Part shown: piece after piece, positions 26,910 through 36,500 of the stretch | Layout of the letters: every line of letters starts with the position of its first letter | Position numbering within the stretch: the stretch's first letter is position 1 | Source of the DNA: a virus | Strand: one strand, 5' to 3' | DNA length: 61,373 bases | Virus genome (UHGV): UHGV-1597594 | The notes under the pieces: generated by a model | The model's database searches: none | What the model was told of the DNA's origin: nothing | What the model saw: only the letters and a program-made list of their open reading frames with translations | Made by a program: the position numbers and the translations under genes

Positions 26910-27968
26910 TTATTGCTTCAAGCCTGTGAACAGTTCATACTTGAATGCCGGCGCTGCTGCGTAATCCTCAAAGTAGAAGTCACCAATGTTGATGCTAGCA
27001 ATAGCGTCATCGACTGCTTTCTTGTAGCCTACGCGTTCAATTGTCTGCTTATCGCATTTACGCCAATATGTGCTGTGCATCATAAGTGTGGGTGATGCAG
27101 CATAGTCTACTGCAAGCTGTTGTTTTGCAGTGTCAATGTGATGTTCATAGATGTGCACATCATTGCCAGTCCAAATGAACTCTCTTGCCACACAGTTAGT
27201 CAATGTTGCAACAATATGTGTAAGCAATGCATATGATGCGATATTGATGGGCACACCAAGACACATGTCACAGCTACGTTGAGTAAGCGCACAGTCAAGC
27301 CACATGCTTGGTACTTGAGCAGAATCAAGGCATTCTGCAGAGCCATCATGCACAAGCATGCTATCATTAGCAATCTGAATTCGTTCTTCAAGAGTCATTG
27401 GCTGACAATTGAACTGAAACAGCATATGACATGGCGGCAATGCCATCTGAGACATTTGCGCAGGATTCCATGCAGACACGACTTTGTAGCGGCCAGTTGG
27501 ATTGATGACAATGTCTTTAATGCAAGTTGCAAGTTGGTCAAATCCACTGTCATTGAAGTTGCGCCACTGATACCCATAGATAGGTCCGCAATCACCATAC
27601 TCAGGCTTGCTGAATTTTGTGTTATGCAGTTCTGTGCACCAAGTTTCAAAGTCGACATCTTCACCTGGATGCAGTTTACGCCAATGACGATATGCATCCT
27701 GATGCCAGAACTTTGTAATGCCAAGCGTGTCAAGCGTTTTTACATTTGTATCACCTGACATAAACCACAGAAGTTCTCCAATGACACCCTTGACAAACAT
27801 TCTCTTAGATGTTAACAGTGGAAAGCCTTTACGCAAATCAAATCGCATTGATTCTACGAACAGTGACTTTGTGCGAGGCATGTTTTCACGAGCAGGCTCC
27901 TTAAATCTGCCATGCTCAATAACATTGTTAAGTACTCTCAAGTACTCAGTGTCGTGTTTGATATTCAT
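26910..27968 (-). CDS. thyA: thymidylate synthase (ThyA family, uracil-type active site)
   Basis: ATG at 27968. ALPPCHMLFQF (catalytic Cys motif) and QRSCDMCLGVPINIASYALLTHIVA, retaining the Asn of PxNIAS that specifies dUMP in ThyA. 352 aa, with a ~40-aa insertion relative to bacterial ThyA. Confidence 0.8.
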   Translation of the reverse strand: MNIKHDTEYLRVLNNVIEHGRFKEPARENMPRTKSLFVESMRFDLRKGFPLLTSKRMFVKGVIGELLWFMSGDTNVKTLDTLGITKFWHQDAYRHWRKLHPGEDVDFETWCTELHNTKFSKPEYGDCGPIYGYQWRNFNDSGFDQLATCIKDIVINPTGRYKVVSAWNPAQMSQMALPPCHMLFQFNCQPMTLEERIQIANDSMLVHDGSAECLDSAQVPSMWLDCALTQRSCDMCLGVPINIASYALLTHIVATLTNCVAREFIWTGNDVHIYEHHIDTAKQQLAVDYAASPTLMMHSTYWRKCDKQTIERVGYKKAVDDAIASINIGDFYFEDYAAAPAFKYELFTGLKQ

Positions 27969-28629
27969 GAATGGGATGTTTATGAGTGTCTAATGATATG
28001 TCTGAGAATTCATATGCATACTTTGATATTGCAACACCATTTGCATCTTCAAATGCTTCTGTAAAGTTGCTATCAATCCATCGTTTGACAGACTTAACTC
28101 CGCCTAAATGACATGCTGCAAGCAATGATGCTTCGGTTATTATAAATGCGCTATCATTGTATGTCGCTTTACGCCCAATTGCGTCATAGCAATCGTAGTG
28201 CTGCAGCAATTCTTGTTGACGTTCAAGCAGCATATGCTGCACCGCAATCTGTTTTGTAGAATCTTTGGCAATTTCTTGCAGTGACCAAGTCAAGCCTTTG
28301 TATCGTACCAAGTCATCATGAGCAATCTTTGTTAGCTGCCATCGACCTGTTGCGCCAAATCGATTTGTGATATGCCAACGATTGCGAGATTCAAGATAGC
28401 CCAGCTTGTCTAAGTATTCTGCAAAGCTGCAAGTTTCTGGTTCAGTGACGTCTAACAAGACGTGTACATTTGACAAATTTGCTACTGGCGCATATGTGAC
28501 ATGTTTTGTTGCAGTGCAATCACATAATGTCGGCCATGCAATGATAAAAGCAACACCAATTTTGATGAGCGATTCACATAATCTTATCATTTGTTTGAAA
28601 TTAGTGAAGAGCACTTGCAGGCAGCTCAA
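27946..28629 (-). CDS. hypothetical protein
   Basis: 227-aa ORF; no motif. Confidence 0.5.
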   Translation of the reverse strand: MSCLQVLFTNFKQMIRLCESLIKIGVAFIIAWPTLCDCTATKHVTYAPVANLSNVHVLLDVTEPETCSFAEYLDKLGYLESRNRWHITNRFGATGRWQLTKIAHDDLVRYKGLTWSLQEIAKDSTKQIAVQHMLLERQQELLQHYDCYDAIGRKATYNDSAFIITEASLLAACHLGGVKSVKRWIDSNFTEAFEDANGVAISKYAYEFSDISLDTHKHPIHEYQTRH

Positions 28630-28655
28630 TCTCCTGACAGCACACTGTCATGCAA

Positions 28656-30533
28656 TCAAAAGCCTGCAAAGAAATCTGCATCAGCAGCATCTTGCTGCGG
28701 TGTTGACTCTTGTTCAATCACAAATCGACTGTGCAACTTTTGATTATGTTTTATGTATGGCATAATGCGCCGGATTGATTCGTCAATGACAAAAGTTTCA
28801 CACCAGTCATTTGCATGTCGAATGCCTCGACCAACTGACTGCACAAAGCTTTGATAACACTTATTGCGATACCAGCTTTCGTGATTTGCAGCCTTTGTTT
28901 TGACTACGATATCACCAAGTGACTGCCAAGGTAATTTTGCAACAATTTGACATCTACAACGATTGTCTGGTAAGTCAACGCCTTCAGTAATGCTAAAGCC
29001 TACAAGTACGTAGTTAGTGCCATCAGTAAGCATTGCAAGCTTATTTTGTTTGTCTTCAGCATTGACATATGTCAGCATTCTGCGTTTGTGCTTGCTGTTA
29101 TTGATGATATAGTTTGCAATGTCTCGTGTTGATGTATGTATGATGCAATTGCAGTCATGCGTGTCAAGAATGCTGTCAATTTTCTCGACAAGTCGAGGCA
29201 TATTTGCTGCTTTGTTTTTGTAACTCAATGACAATGCAGGTCTGCATAGTACAATGGGTGATTTGCTAAAATCCCAATCAGGCTCCATATAGAATGCCAC
29301 GTAGTTTTTGATGCCATTGAGTGTAGCAAATGTGTCAATATCACCAATTGTCGCTGACATCCACAATTGCGCATGCGTAGCATCACTATGATGCACCAGT
29401 GTATTTGCAAGAAGTTCGTCATTGACACATTTGAATTGCAAGCTGTTTGTTGCAGCATCAAGTACTACAAGCATGTCACCAGGTGATTGTTCAGTTGCAT
29501 CAAGCATTGTAATGATTGAATATGACAACGTATCACAGCTGGCAACAAAGCGAATGAACGCTTTCTCAAATTGACCAAGTTGTTTACCAGAATCCTGAAG
29601 TTCACTTAGCTTTTCATATGCAGTATGCAAAAAGTCTACAAGTTCTGACAACTGCTGTGCAAGCACTCTTGCTTCTGCTCGCATTGTTGCAATGTCATAT
29701 TGTGTTGTTGCAAGCTTAATGACTGCTTTGACTTGTGCAAACACATTGTTGCGAAGTTCTACATATTTGTTCTGATTTTCAAGAGTCATGATACCTGCAA
29801 TCAGTGACTCGGCCTTTGTGCAATTCTGAATGAATCGAGGACCAATTGACGTGTCAAGAAAGCCTGACAAAATGTCATCAATTTTATGACACTCATCGAA
29901 TATCGTCAATTCACGAGGCCCAAATAAGTTTTTGACGCAATTAACTTGTATCAGCCAGTATGCATAGTTAAGCACAGTGCAATTTGCTGCAGCAGCCTTT
30001 TGACGAGTCTGCAAATATGCGCATTTAGGTCCGCATGGCAATGCAAGAGCTTTCTTTGATGACAGACCATCTTGCTGACATTTACCCATGCTGAATGGCA
30101 GCCCATTGACATGACAAATGTAATTGTCTCGACCTTTGAGCATTACACAACTTCTGAATGCTGAAGTAGTTGTGTCTGCTTTAGCATTGTTGTCGTACAA
30201 ATATTGCTGAATGAACTTGTCATACTGGTCTTGCAGCAGTTTATCAGAAGTCAGCACGTATGACTTAAAGAACGTCGCGCAAAACATCGCAACCACAGAT
30301 TTTCCCGTTCCAGTCGCTCCCTGCAATATGACATTTTGCCCATTTGCAATTGCTCGAATAATGTCGATGATTAGATGACGCTGAGTTGCATCAAAACGCG
30401 CTTGGTCCCACTTGCATGTCTTTGATTGCGCAAGATATGCTGAGAATTTATCAATATGTGCTACAATAAGCTCATCAAGTTCTTGCTGAGATTGCTCTTC
30501 TGTCTTGTGTTCTACTGACGTTAGTCTACCCAT
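28656..30533 (-). CDS. DinG/Rad3-like superfamily-2 DNA helicase
   Basis: ATG at 30533. Walker A GATGTGKS, DECH box (LTIFDECHKID), four-Cys cluster between them (C..C..C..C) as in the Fe-S domain of DinG/XPD helicases. Confidence 0.8.
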   Translation of the reverse strand: MGRLTSVEHKTEEQSQQELDELIVAHIDKFSAYLAQSKTCKWDQARFDATQRHLIIDIIRAIANGQNVILQGATGTGKSVVAMFCATFFKSYVLTSDKLLQDQYDKFIQQYLYDNNAKADTTTSAFRSCVMLKGRDNYICHVNGLPFSMGKCQQDGLSSKKALALPCGPKCAYLQTRQKAAAANCTVLNYAYWLIQVNCVKNLFGPRELTIFDECHKIDDILSGFLDTSIGPRFIQNCTKAESLIAGIMTLENQNKYVELRNNVFAQVKAVIKLATTQYDIATMRAEARVLAQQLSELVDFLHTAYEKLSELQDSGKQLGQFEKAFIRFVASCDTLSYSIITMLDATEQSPGDMLVVLDAATNSLQFKCVNDELLANTLVHHSDATHAQLWMSATIGDIDTFATLNGIKNYVAFYMEPDWDFSKSPIVLCRPALSLSYKNKAANMPRLVEKIDSILDTHDCNCIIHTSTRDIANYIINNSKHKRRMLTYVNAEDKQNKLAMLTDGTNYVLVGFSITEGVDLPDNRCRCQIVAKLPWQSLGDIVVKTKAANHESWYRNKCYQSFVQSVGRGIRHANDWCETFVIDESIRRIMPYIKHNQKLHSRFVIEQESTPQQDAADADFFAGF

Positions 30534-30553
30534 TCTAAATGAGATTTAGATTA
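30534..30553 (-). promoter_or_regulatory. palindromic leader element abutting the helicase start codon (second copy at 37459-37477)
   Basis: tctaaatgagatttaga (7-bp arms, 3-nt loop) begins 1-3 nt from the ATG; the same 20-22 nt occur before the SbcCD-like gene. Confidence 0.5.
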
Positions 30554-30648
30554 TTTGTAAAGATATAATACTACAAACAGCACACATTTGCACTTTGACA
30601 TAACTGATTGAGTATCAATCAATTATGAGTTTATAAAAGTTTTTCAAA

Positions 30649-30735
30649 AGTAGGGTGTTGTTGTTTGAGTAGAGTGTTGTTGATGCTGTCAGCTGTCTTG
30701 TTTGCATTATCGATTGCTTGCAAACTGTCAGCTGT
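30649..30735. repeat. iteron-like direct repeats in the intergenic region upstream of the helicase gene
   Basis: agtagggtgttgttg / agtagagtgttgttg in tandem (30649-30685), and ctgtcagctgtc twice (30685-30696, 30724-30735). Confidence 0.5.
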
Positions 30736-30750
30736 CATAGAACATCACAA

Positions 30751-30784
30751 AAGCAAGCAGACTGCAATTGCAATCTGCTTGCTT
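30751..30784 (-). terminator. terminator hairpin downstream of CDS 30807-31163; near-identical copy at 47033-47060
   Basis: aagcaagcagactgca-at-tgcaatctgcttgctt (16-bp arms, one mismatch); T-rich run follows on the minus transcript. Confidence 0.5.
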
Positions 30785-30806
30785 TGACACATTTGTAGCA
30801 TACAGT

Positions 30807-31163
30807 CTATTTGCGCATAAATAATGCAGCAAGCCAATTAACTGGCTTGTCAATAAGCTGCTTCCATACATTCCAATTGTACATGCCATGCGCAAACATT
30901 GTAAGAGCAAACAGCAGCATACACATTGATACAAGCCAATCAGCAAATGGCATATTGCCCCATCGAATGTACTCGAAAATGCCAACTTTAACAAGCTGAG
31001 CAAACAAAATGAGCACTACAGCCATTGCAAGTCGCATCCAGACTACATAGTGCTGAGTCTTATCTACAAACTTTGCAATCAATGCTGGCACAATGTACAT
31101 AATGTATGCAAACAGCAACAAGCAAAAGCCTGCATACAGCAGATTAGAAATAAAAGCTCCCAT
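30807..31163 (-). CDS. small membrane protein
   Basis: ATG at 31163; 118 aa with three hydrophobic segments. Confidence 0.5.
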   Translation of the reverse strand: MGAFISNLLYAGFCLLLFAYIMYIVPALIAKFVDKTQHYVVWMRLAMAVVLILFAQLVKVGIFEYIRWGNMPFADWLVSMCMLLFALTMFAHGMYNWNVWKQLIDKPVNWLAALFMRK

Positions 31164-31166
31164 ATT

Positions 31167-32048
31167 CTATCGTTTGAATTTGATGAAGTGTTCAGCATCA
31201 AGGCCCTCGAATACATACGGGTCAAGAGTTTCCCAGAAGTTTGAGTATGTCGTTGTCTTTGCAATGCTTGTTTGCTTTGACAAGTTCATATTTGGGTAGC
31301 CAAGCATTGCATAGTGTCGCTCATATATGTGCATTGACGTCGCATTATGCACATATGCGCCAAGCTTAAGACCAAGTTCATTTGCGACAAGTTCTTGCAA
31401 CAAAGTGAATGCAAACTGGTCGTTACAGAAGCCCCAAATGACATCATTGCTTCGCATGTATGTTGTCAAGTACAGCTTATCACCACGAACATTAAAGACA
31501 AGATTCAATGTGCATGGCATGTCTTTGCCAGTGTAGTTTGCATATTGTGGCTCATAAATGCTAATAACTGCTCGTCTTGTGCATTCATGATTTCGCAAAC
31601 GTTCAATGACATCTGCAATCTGCTTATGCCAAATTGCACCATACTGCGAATTGACATTGACATCATCATCACTGAACTGCTTCCAGCGAGGCAAATAACG
31701 TTCAATGCATTCAACTGCAGGATTGGCTGTCATGTACCATGCAAATTCTGCTGCAGCATTGAGCTTTTTCCATGGTCGTACATCAATCTTGATTTGTCGC
31801 TGTGAAGGGTCCTGAATAACTACAGACACATTCAGCAATTCTTTTGTTCGAGTCACTGTTTGTGCATTGTTGCCCTTTGATTCTACAAACTCACCTCTAC
31901 AATGAAGTTCATACAAAATTGAGCGAAATGCTTCTGTTGCAGTGTTTTCAATGATTGTCGTCTGTTGATAACATAAATTTGACGACAATGATTCAGCATC
32001 ATTGTACTTTATGCTGTCATTGTTATAAGGTGAATTTTTTGTGTGCAT
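31167..32048 (-). CDS. ThyA-family pyrimidine hydroxymethylase-like enzyme (candidate dCMP hydroxymethylase)
   Basis: ATG at 32048. MPCTLNLVF (catalytic Cys region) and YMRSNDVIWGFCNDQFAFTLL align gap-free with ThyA RSCDVFLGLPFNIASYALL; Asp replaces the specificity Asn. Confidence 0.7.
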   Translation of the reverse strand: MHTKNSPYNNDSIKYNDAESLSSNLCYQQTTIIENTATEAFRSILYELHCRGEFVESKGNNAQTVTRTKELLNVSVVIQDPSQRQIKIDVRPWKKLNAAAEFAWYMTANPAVECIERYLPRWKQFSDDDVNVNSQYGAIWHKQIADVIERLRNHECTRRAVISIYEPQYANYTGKDMPCTLNLVFNVRGDKLYLTTYMRSNDVIWGFCNDQFAFTLLQELVANELGLKLGAYVHNATSMHIYERHYAMLGYPNMNLSKQTSIAKTTTYSNFWETLDPYVFEGLDAEHFIKFKR

Positions 32049-32069
32049 ATTTTGGGATGTTTGTTTTTG

Positions 32070-33167
32070 TTATCGTACAACGACAGTATCTCGTTTGCAA
32101 TCTGTTCTGTCAAATATCGAGCAACAATATGATGCAGATTGCTCTTTGATTGCAAGAGCTTCGTCATTGTCAAGTGATGAAATGCCATCTATGTATGCTT
32201 TTGCATTACCAGCAATATCATCATTTGTTAACAACGCTGCACGACGTTCAGCACCAAAGAAGCCAAAGCACAATTGACGCTGCAATGCTTCACGAGAAGT
32301 CTTGTCATCAAACTCGGATTTCATGTGTTGCATAAATTCGACAATGTCATCAATGTCACATTGAGTAAAGTCAATGTACAATTTATGCATATACTTGAAT
32401 CGTTTGTAGTCTGTTGCAAGAATTTCTGGATGTGCAATGAACAGCGTCTTTTTGCTATCTATTGGATTTGCAATGACTGACGCTTGAACATAATCAACAA
32501 GCATGCCAGATTTATGAAGCTGTTCAACTGTTTTGCCAAATACATGACCAAGTGTGTCATCAAACCACTTCAAGTACATTTCGCTGTCTTCATCTTTTGA
32601 TGCGCCAACAATGTAAATCTCATTGACTCCAAGTGCTTTGAGACGAATATCAGACAACATAGTGTTCAACTGATGCTGCACATATAGCATTGGGCTACTA
32701 TGCAAAACTGTCTTGACAATCTCACAAGCAATGTCCATATATGCATAGTCAAGCTTTGCAGATTTTGATACATATGCTGCACGTTGTTGCAATGGCTCAA
32801 TTGCAGAACATGTGGTCACAAAGTTGCCCACACATTCTGCTACTGCAATGTCATGCAAGTCATCTGCAATGTACACAATACTTGACAAATCATCAAATGT
32901 CTGTACAAGCTGCTGAAGCTTCGTTTTGTAATTGCAGAGCATCAATGACTTGATGTTGCAATTGCCAAGCATTGTCTTGATGAGTCGTTGACCTGCTTCA
33001 GTGCTATCACCAGAAATGACATGTACGTCGCAGTCAAACCAGTTCAGCATGTCAATTGCATGTCGAACACCATATTGCATTTGCTTTGCAAACTTACCAG
33101 ATTCATTGAACAGCATTTCACCTGACATAATGCCGTCAAAGTCACATACGATTTGAAGTCTGTCCAT
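32070..33167 (-). CDS. HAD-superfamily phosphatase (KdsC-like N-terminal domain) with an uncharacterised C-terminal domain
   Basis: ATG at 33167. VCDFDGI (HAD motif I), ISGDS, YIADDLHD (motif IV-like) in the first ~170 aa; about 190 further aa without a recognised motif. Confidence 0.6.
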   Translation of the reverse strand: MDRLQIVCDFDGIMSGEMLFNESGKFAKQMQYGVRHAIDMLNWFDCDVHVISGDSTEAGQRLIKTMLGNCNIKSLMLCNYKTKLQQLVQTFDDLSSIVYIADDLHDIAVAECVGNFVTTCSAIEPLQQRAAYVSKSAKLDYAYMDIACEIVKTVLHSSPMLYVQHQLNTMLSDIRLKALGVNEIYIVGASKDEDSEMYLKWFDDTLGHVFGKTVEQLHKSGMLVDYVQASVIANPIDSKKTLFIAHPEILATDYKRFKYMHKLYIDFTQCDIDDIVEFMQHMKSEFDDKTSREALQRQLCFGFFGAERRAALLTNDDIAGNAKAYIDGISSLDNDEALAIKEQSASYCCSIFDRTDCKRDTVVVR

Positions 33168-33171
33168 GCTG

Positions 33172-33504
33172 CTACAATTTTGAAGTTAAGTCAATTCGAA
33201 TTTTGTCTGCGTTACTTTGGTCAACAAATCTGTCATCAAAGAAGCATTCAACTACGACAAGCTTCTTTGAATTCACAAATTCGATTAGCGATTTTTGCAT
33301 TGCATCAAGTTGCTTCATGCATTTACAAAAGCTGCTGTATGACATGATTTGCTTTGGTGACATATCAAATGCGTCTGCGATTCGCTGATGCGCAATCTTT
33401 TTTGATGTTGCAATAATGACATCTGCTTTGTTGTCATTTGCATGATTGCCAAATATCGCAATATGGTAAACTTTCATTGTATGAGTGATTTTGCTGTTAT
33501 ACAT
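33172..33504 (-). CDS. hypothetical protein
   Basis: 110-aa ORF; no motif. Confidence 0.45.
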   Translation of the reverse strand: MYNSKITHTMKVYHIAIFGNHANDNKADVIIATSKKIAHQRIADAFDMSPKQIMSYSSFCKCMKQLDAMQKSLIEFVNSKKLVVVECFFDDRFVDQSNADKIRIDLTSKL

Positions 33505-33531
33505 TTATGTTATATATGCACATTGTGCCAG

Positions 33532-36500
33532 TTAACAAATTGATGACGTGCCATCAGTATTTGCTACAACTGTCAATGCACTATCAAACTCATCTTGTTG
33601 CAATACATGGTCAACTATGAGTGTTTTGCGAATTGCAGAAAGTTTGGTAAGCAATTGCATCAGCACTTGCTGATAATTGATATTGTTGACATCATGCTCA
33701 GCGCCAACAATCTGCCCATTGCTAAGCTTGCCACTGATTTCATCAATGAGCAAGATGTTGCCAACTTTGTTTAAGCGTTGAGTCAAAATGAGATGCACGA
33801 TTGCAAGACCTGCGAAAGTCCCTTCCATGCCAGACATTTGACTTACGCTTCTAATTGACTTCGAACCCATCAAGTCAATCATCTTCAGCACATTGTTGTC
33901 ATTGATGTCAAAGAACACTCGGTAGTTCAATGAATCCAGCAAATCATTGAGCTGTACATTCAATGATGTTGCAATTGCTGCAAAGACATATGAAACTAAG
34001 CCTCGTTTGCTTGTGCACTGCTTATATGCATTGTACACCAAGTTTGCAATGTTCCACTTTTTAGAAGCTTGCAAATCTTTCTTGAGAGCTTCAATTCGCA
34101 CATTGTTTGCTGACAAGTCTGCTTGCATTGTTGCAATTTCTGCATTGATGCTTAGCAGTTTTGAGTTTGCTTCAGTTTCATGCTGCTTAGCATCATCAAT
34201 GTCGACTTGCAATGCAGCATTTGCTGCAATATGCTGCTGAGTTTGCTGCGCATGTTCAAGTGCAAATGCTGCAGCAGTCTTATCAATCTCAAGTTGTTTA
34301 AGCGCAGACTCATATGTCGCTTTCTTGTCATACTCTATTTGAGCAATTTCAAGTTCAGCATTTATTGCAGCCAGTTCTGATTCTACTGCAGATTTTGATT
34401 GCAATACATCTTGCTTTGCTTGTTCAGCTTTACGTTTGATGTCTGCAAGTTGATTTGTGATATCTGCAATTTGTGTTTTGACTGCTTCGACTTCAAGCAA
34501 TGTTGCTGCAGTAGCTATTGGTTGTGCAATGAATGCGTCTAAGTCTCTTTGCGCATTGACTACAGTTCTCTGCAAATCATTGAGCTTTTCTGCATGCATA
34601 TCATATGCAGCTTTATGTGCTGGATTCAGCGCAGCAATAATTGCATTTGAATCTGTGACATCAATGACTGTTGCTTGCAATTGCTCAATTTCATACTTCA
34701 AATTGCCAATTTTGACAACATTCTCATTGAATTGCTCTGTTTTTTGTGCACATTCTTGACGCAACTTAGCAAGCTCAGTTGACAGCCACAGCTTGTATGC
34801 TTGTCCTGTGCCAGATGTCAAGTCATTTGTACATACAGGGCATTTGTCGTTTTCAAGTTGCTTTTGCTTGTCTATAACATTGTCGATGTTTGTTTTTGCA
34901 GCAGATACTTCTGTTCTAAGCGCATTTTGAACAGTGTTGATGTCTTCAATTTGCTTTTGCAAAGCATCTATTTTTGCCCGAGTGTTTGCATTGTACGACT
35001 TGCCAAGATTTATCAGCACAGAATCAATGTGCTGCTTTGCTGCATCATATGCAAGCTTTGATTCATCAAGCTTTGTTCTGTACAATAACTCTGCATGCGC
35101 AACTTCTTTCTGCACTTTTGCAGATAGCTCATTCTGTTTTGTAAGCAGCTCAGCATATGTATTGTGCAGCTGTGAGCCAGATGCTATGACATTTGTGTAT
35201 GCTGCATTAGCTTCATTGTCAATATTAGTGAGTTGTTGCTCAATCTGCGCTTTTACTGTTTGCAATTTAGACATGTCTTGCAATGCAAGTGCAGCAATGT
35301 CAAGCTCAACTTTGCGAATCTTTGCAACGATGCTATCGATATTTGCTGTTGCATCTTCTACAGTTAAAATATCTGCAGAAATTTGATGCAGTCTTTTTGA
35401 GAGCTCTTCTACTTTTGCACGTGCTTTTGTAAGTTTTGCAGACCACTCTTTTTGATTATCTTGTCGTAACTGCAAAGAGTCATTGAGTTCATTGCAAGTT
35501 GTATTGAGAGACTCAAGTTCTGCTTTTATTGCGACATCAGTCAACGCAGGTTTGCTAAGACCATCAAACAATGCAGCTTTTGCAGCATCATTAGAATTGC
35601 CGAGCTGCACAAATGTATTGATGCCAAGAGTATCAAGCAACCAGTCATTCAATGAATTTGAGTCCATTGCAATGATTTGGTCAAGCAATGTCTGATTGAT
35701 GCATACATATCGCGACAATTCCCATATAGAGCCAAAGATTGCATATAGTGTGTCTTTGATTTCATGCTGCGGCACTGCATAGTCATCTGACAATCGCACA
35801 AGTTGCACAGTCTCATTAACTGTTGACACATTGTCTCGCCATGAGCCATCTGCATTTATTCGAGAACCTCGTTTGAATTTGCGCTCAAGTGTTCGAGTCA
35901 ATTTGTAATGCACATTTTGACCCGCAACTACATGCACAAACACACAAGAAGCTTCAAGCTTGTCATATGACTCATTGTCAATCAACTTGTCATTGAAGTA
36001 CGTCAAAGCATTCTGCTTTGTTGCTGCAGAAGACTGTCCAGCGTCAATGAAGCCAGTCAATAGCCATTTAATAAGCCTAAAGATTGTTGTCTTGCCATTG
36101 CCATTGTTGCCTCTAACTTGTGTAAGTTGCGCAAGATTGTCAAAGCTAACATCAACATCTTTCAATGCCATGAACTGATTTGCTTTAACATTTTGAATGA
36201 CATATTTTGCAACTTCAGTGTCAAAAGACAATTTATCAATTTGTTCATCAATCAATGACTTGAACATGTCAACAAACTGCTGAGCGTCTTCAGTAGCAAC
36301 TATAGCATTGCGTTCAATGTACGCATTGACCCAGTCAAGTGCAGCATCTTTAAGCCATTCAGCAGTTTGAACTTTTTGCAGCAAATTGTCGCCATTTGCA
36401 TCTACAGCATTGATTGAATCAATGACAGCAGAATCATACAGAATGTCAATTGCGGCAACAACGTATGAACTTACAAGATTCTGTGCAATGCGCTCAACAA

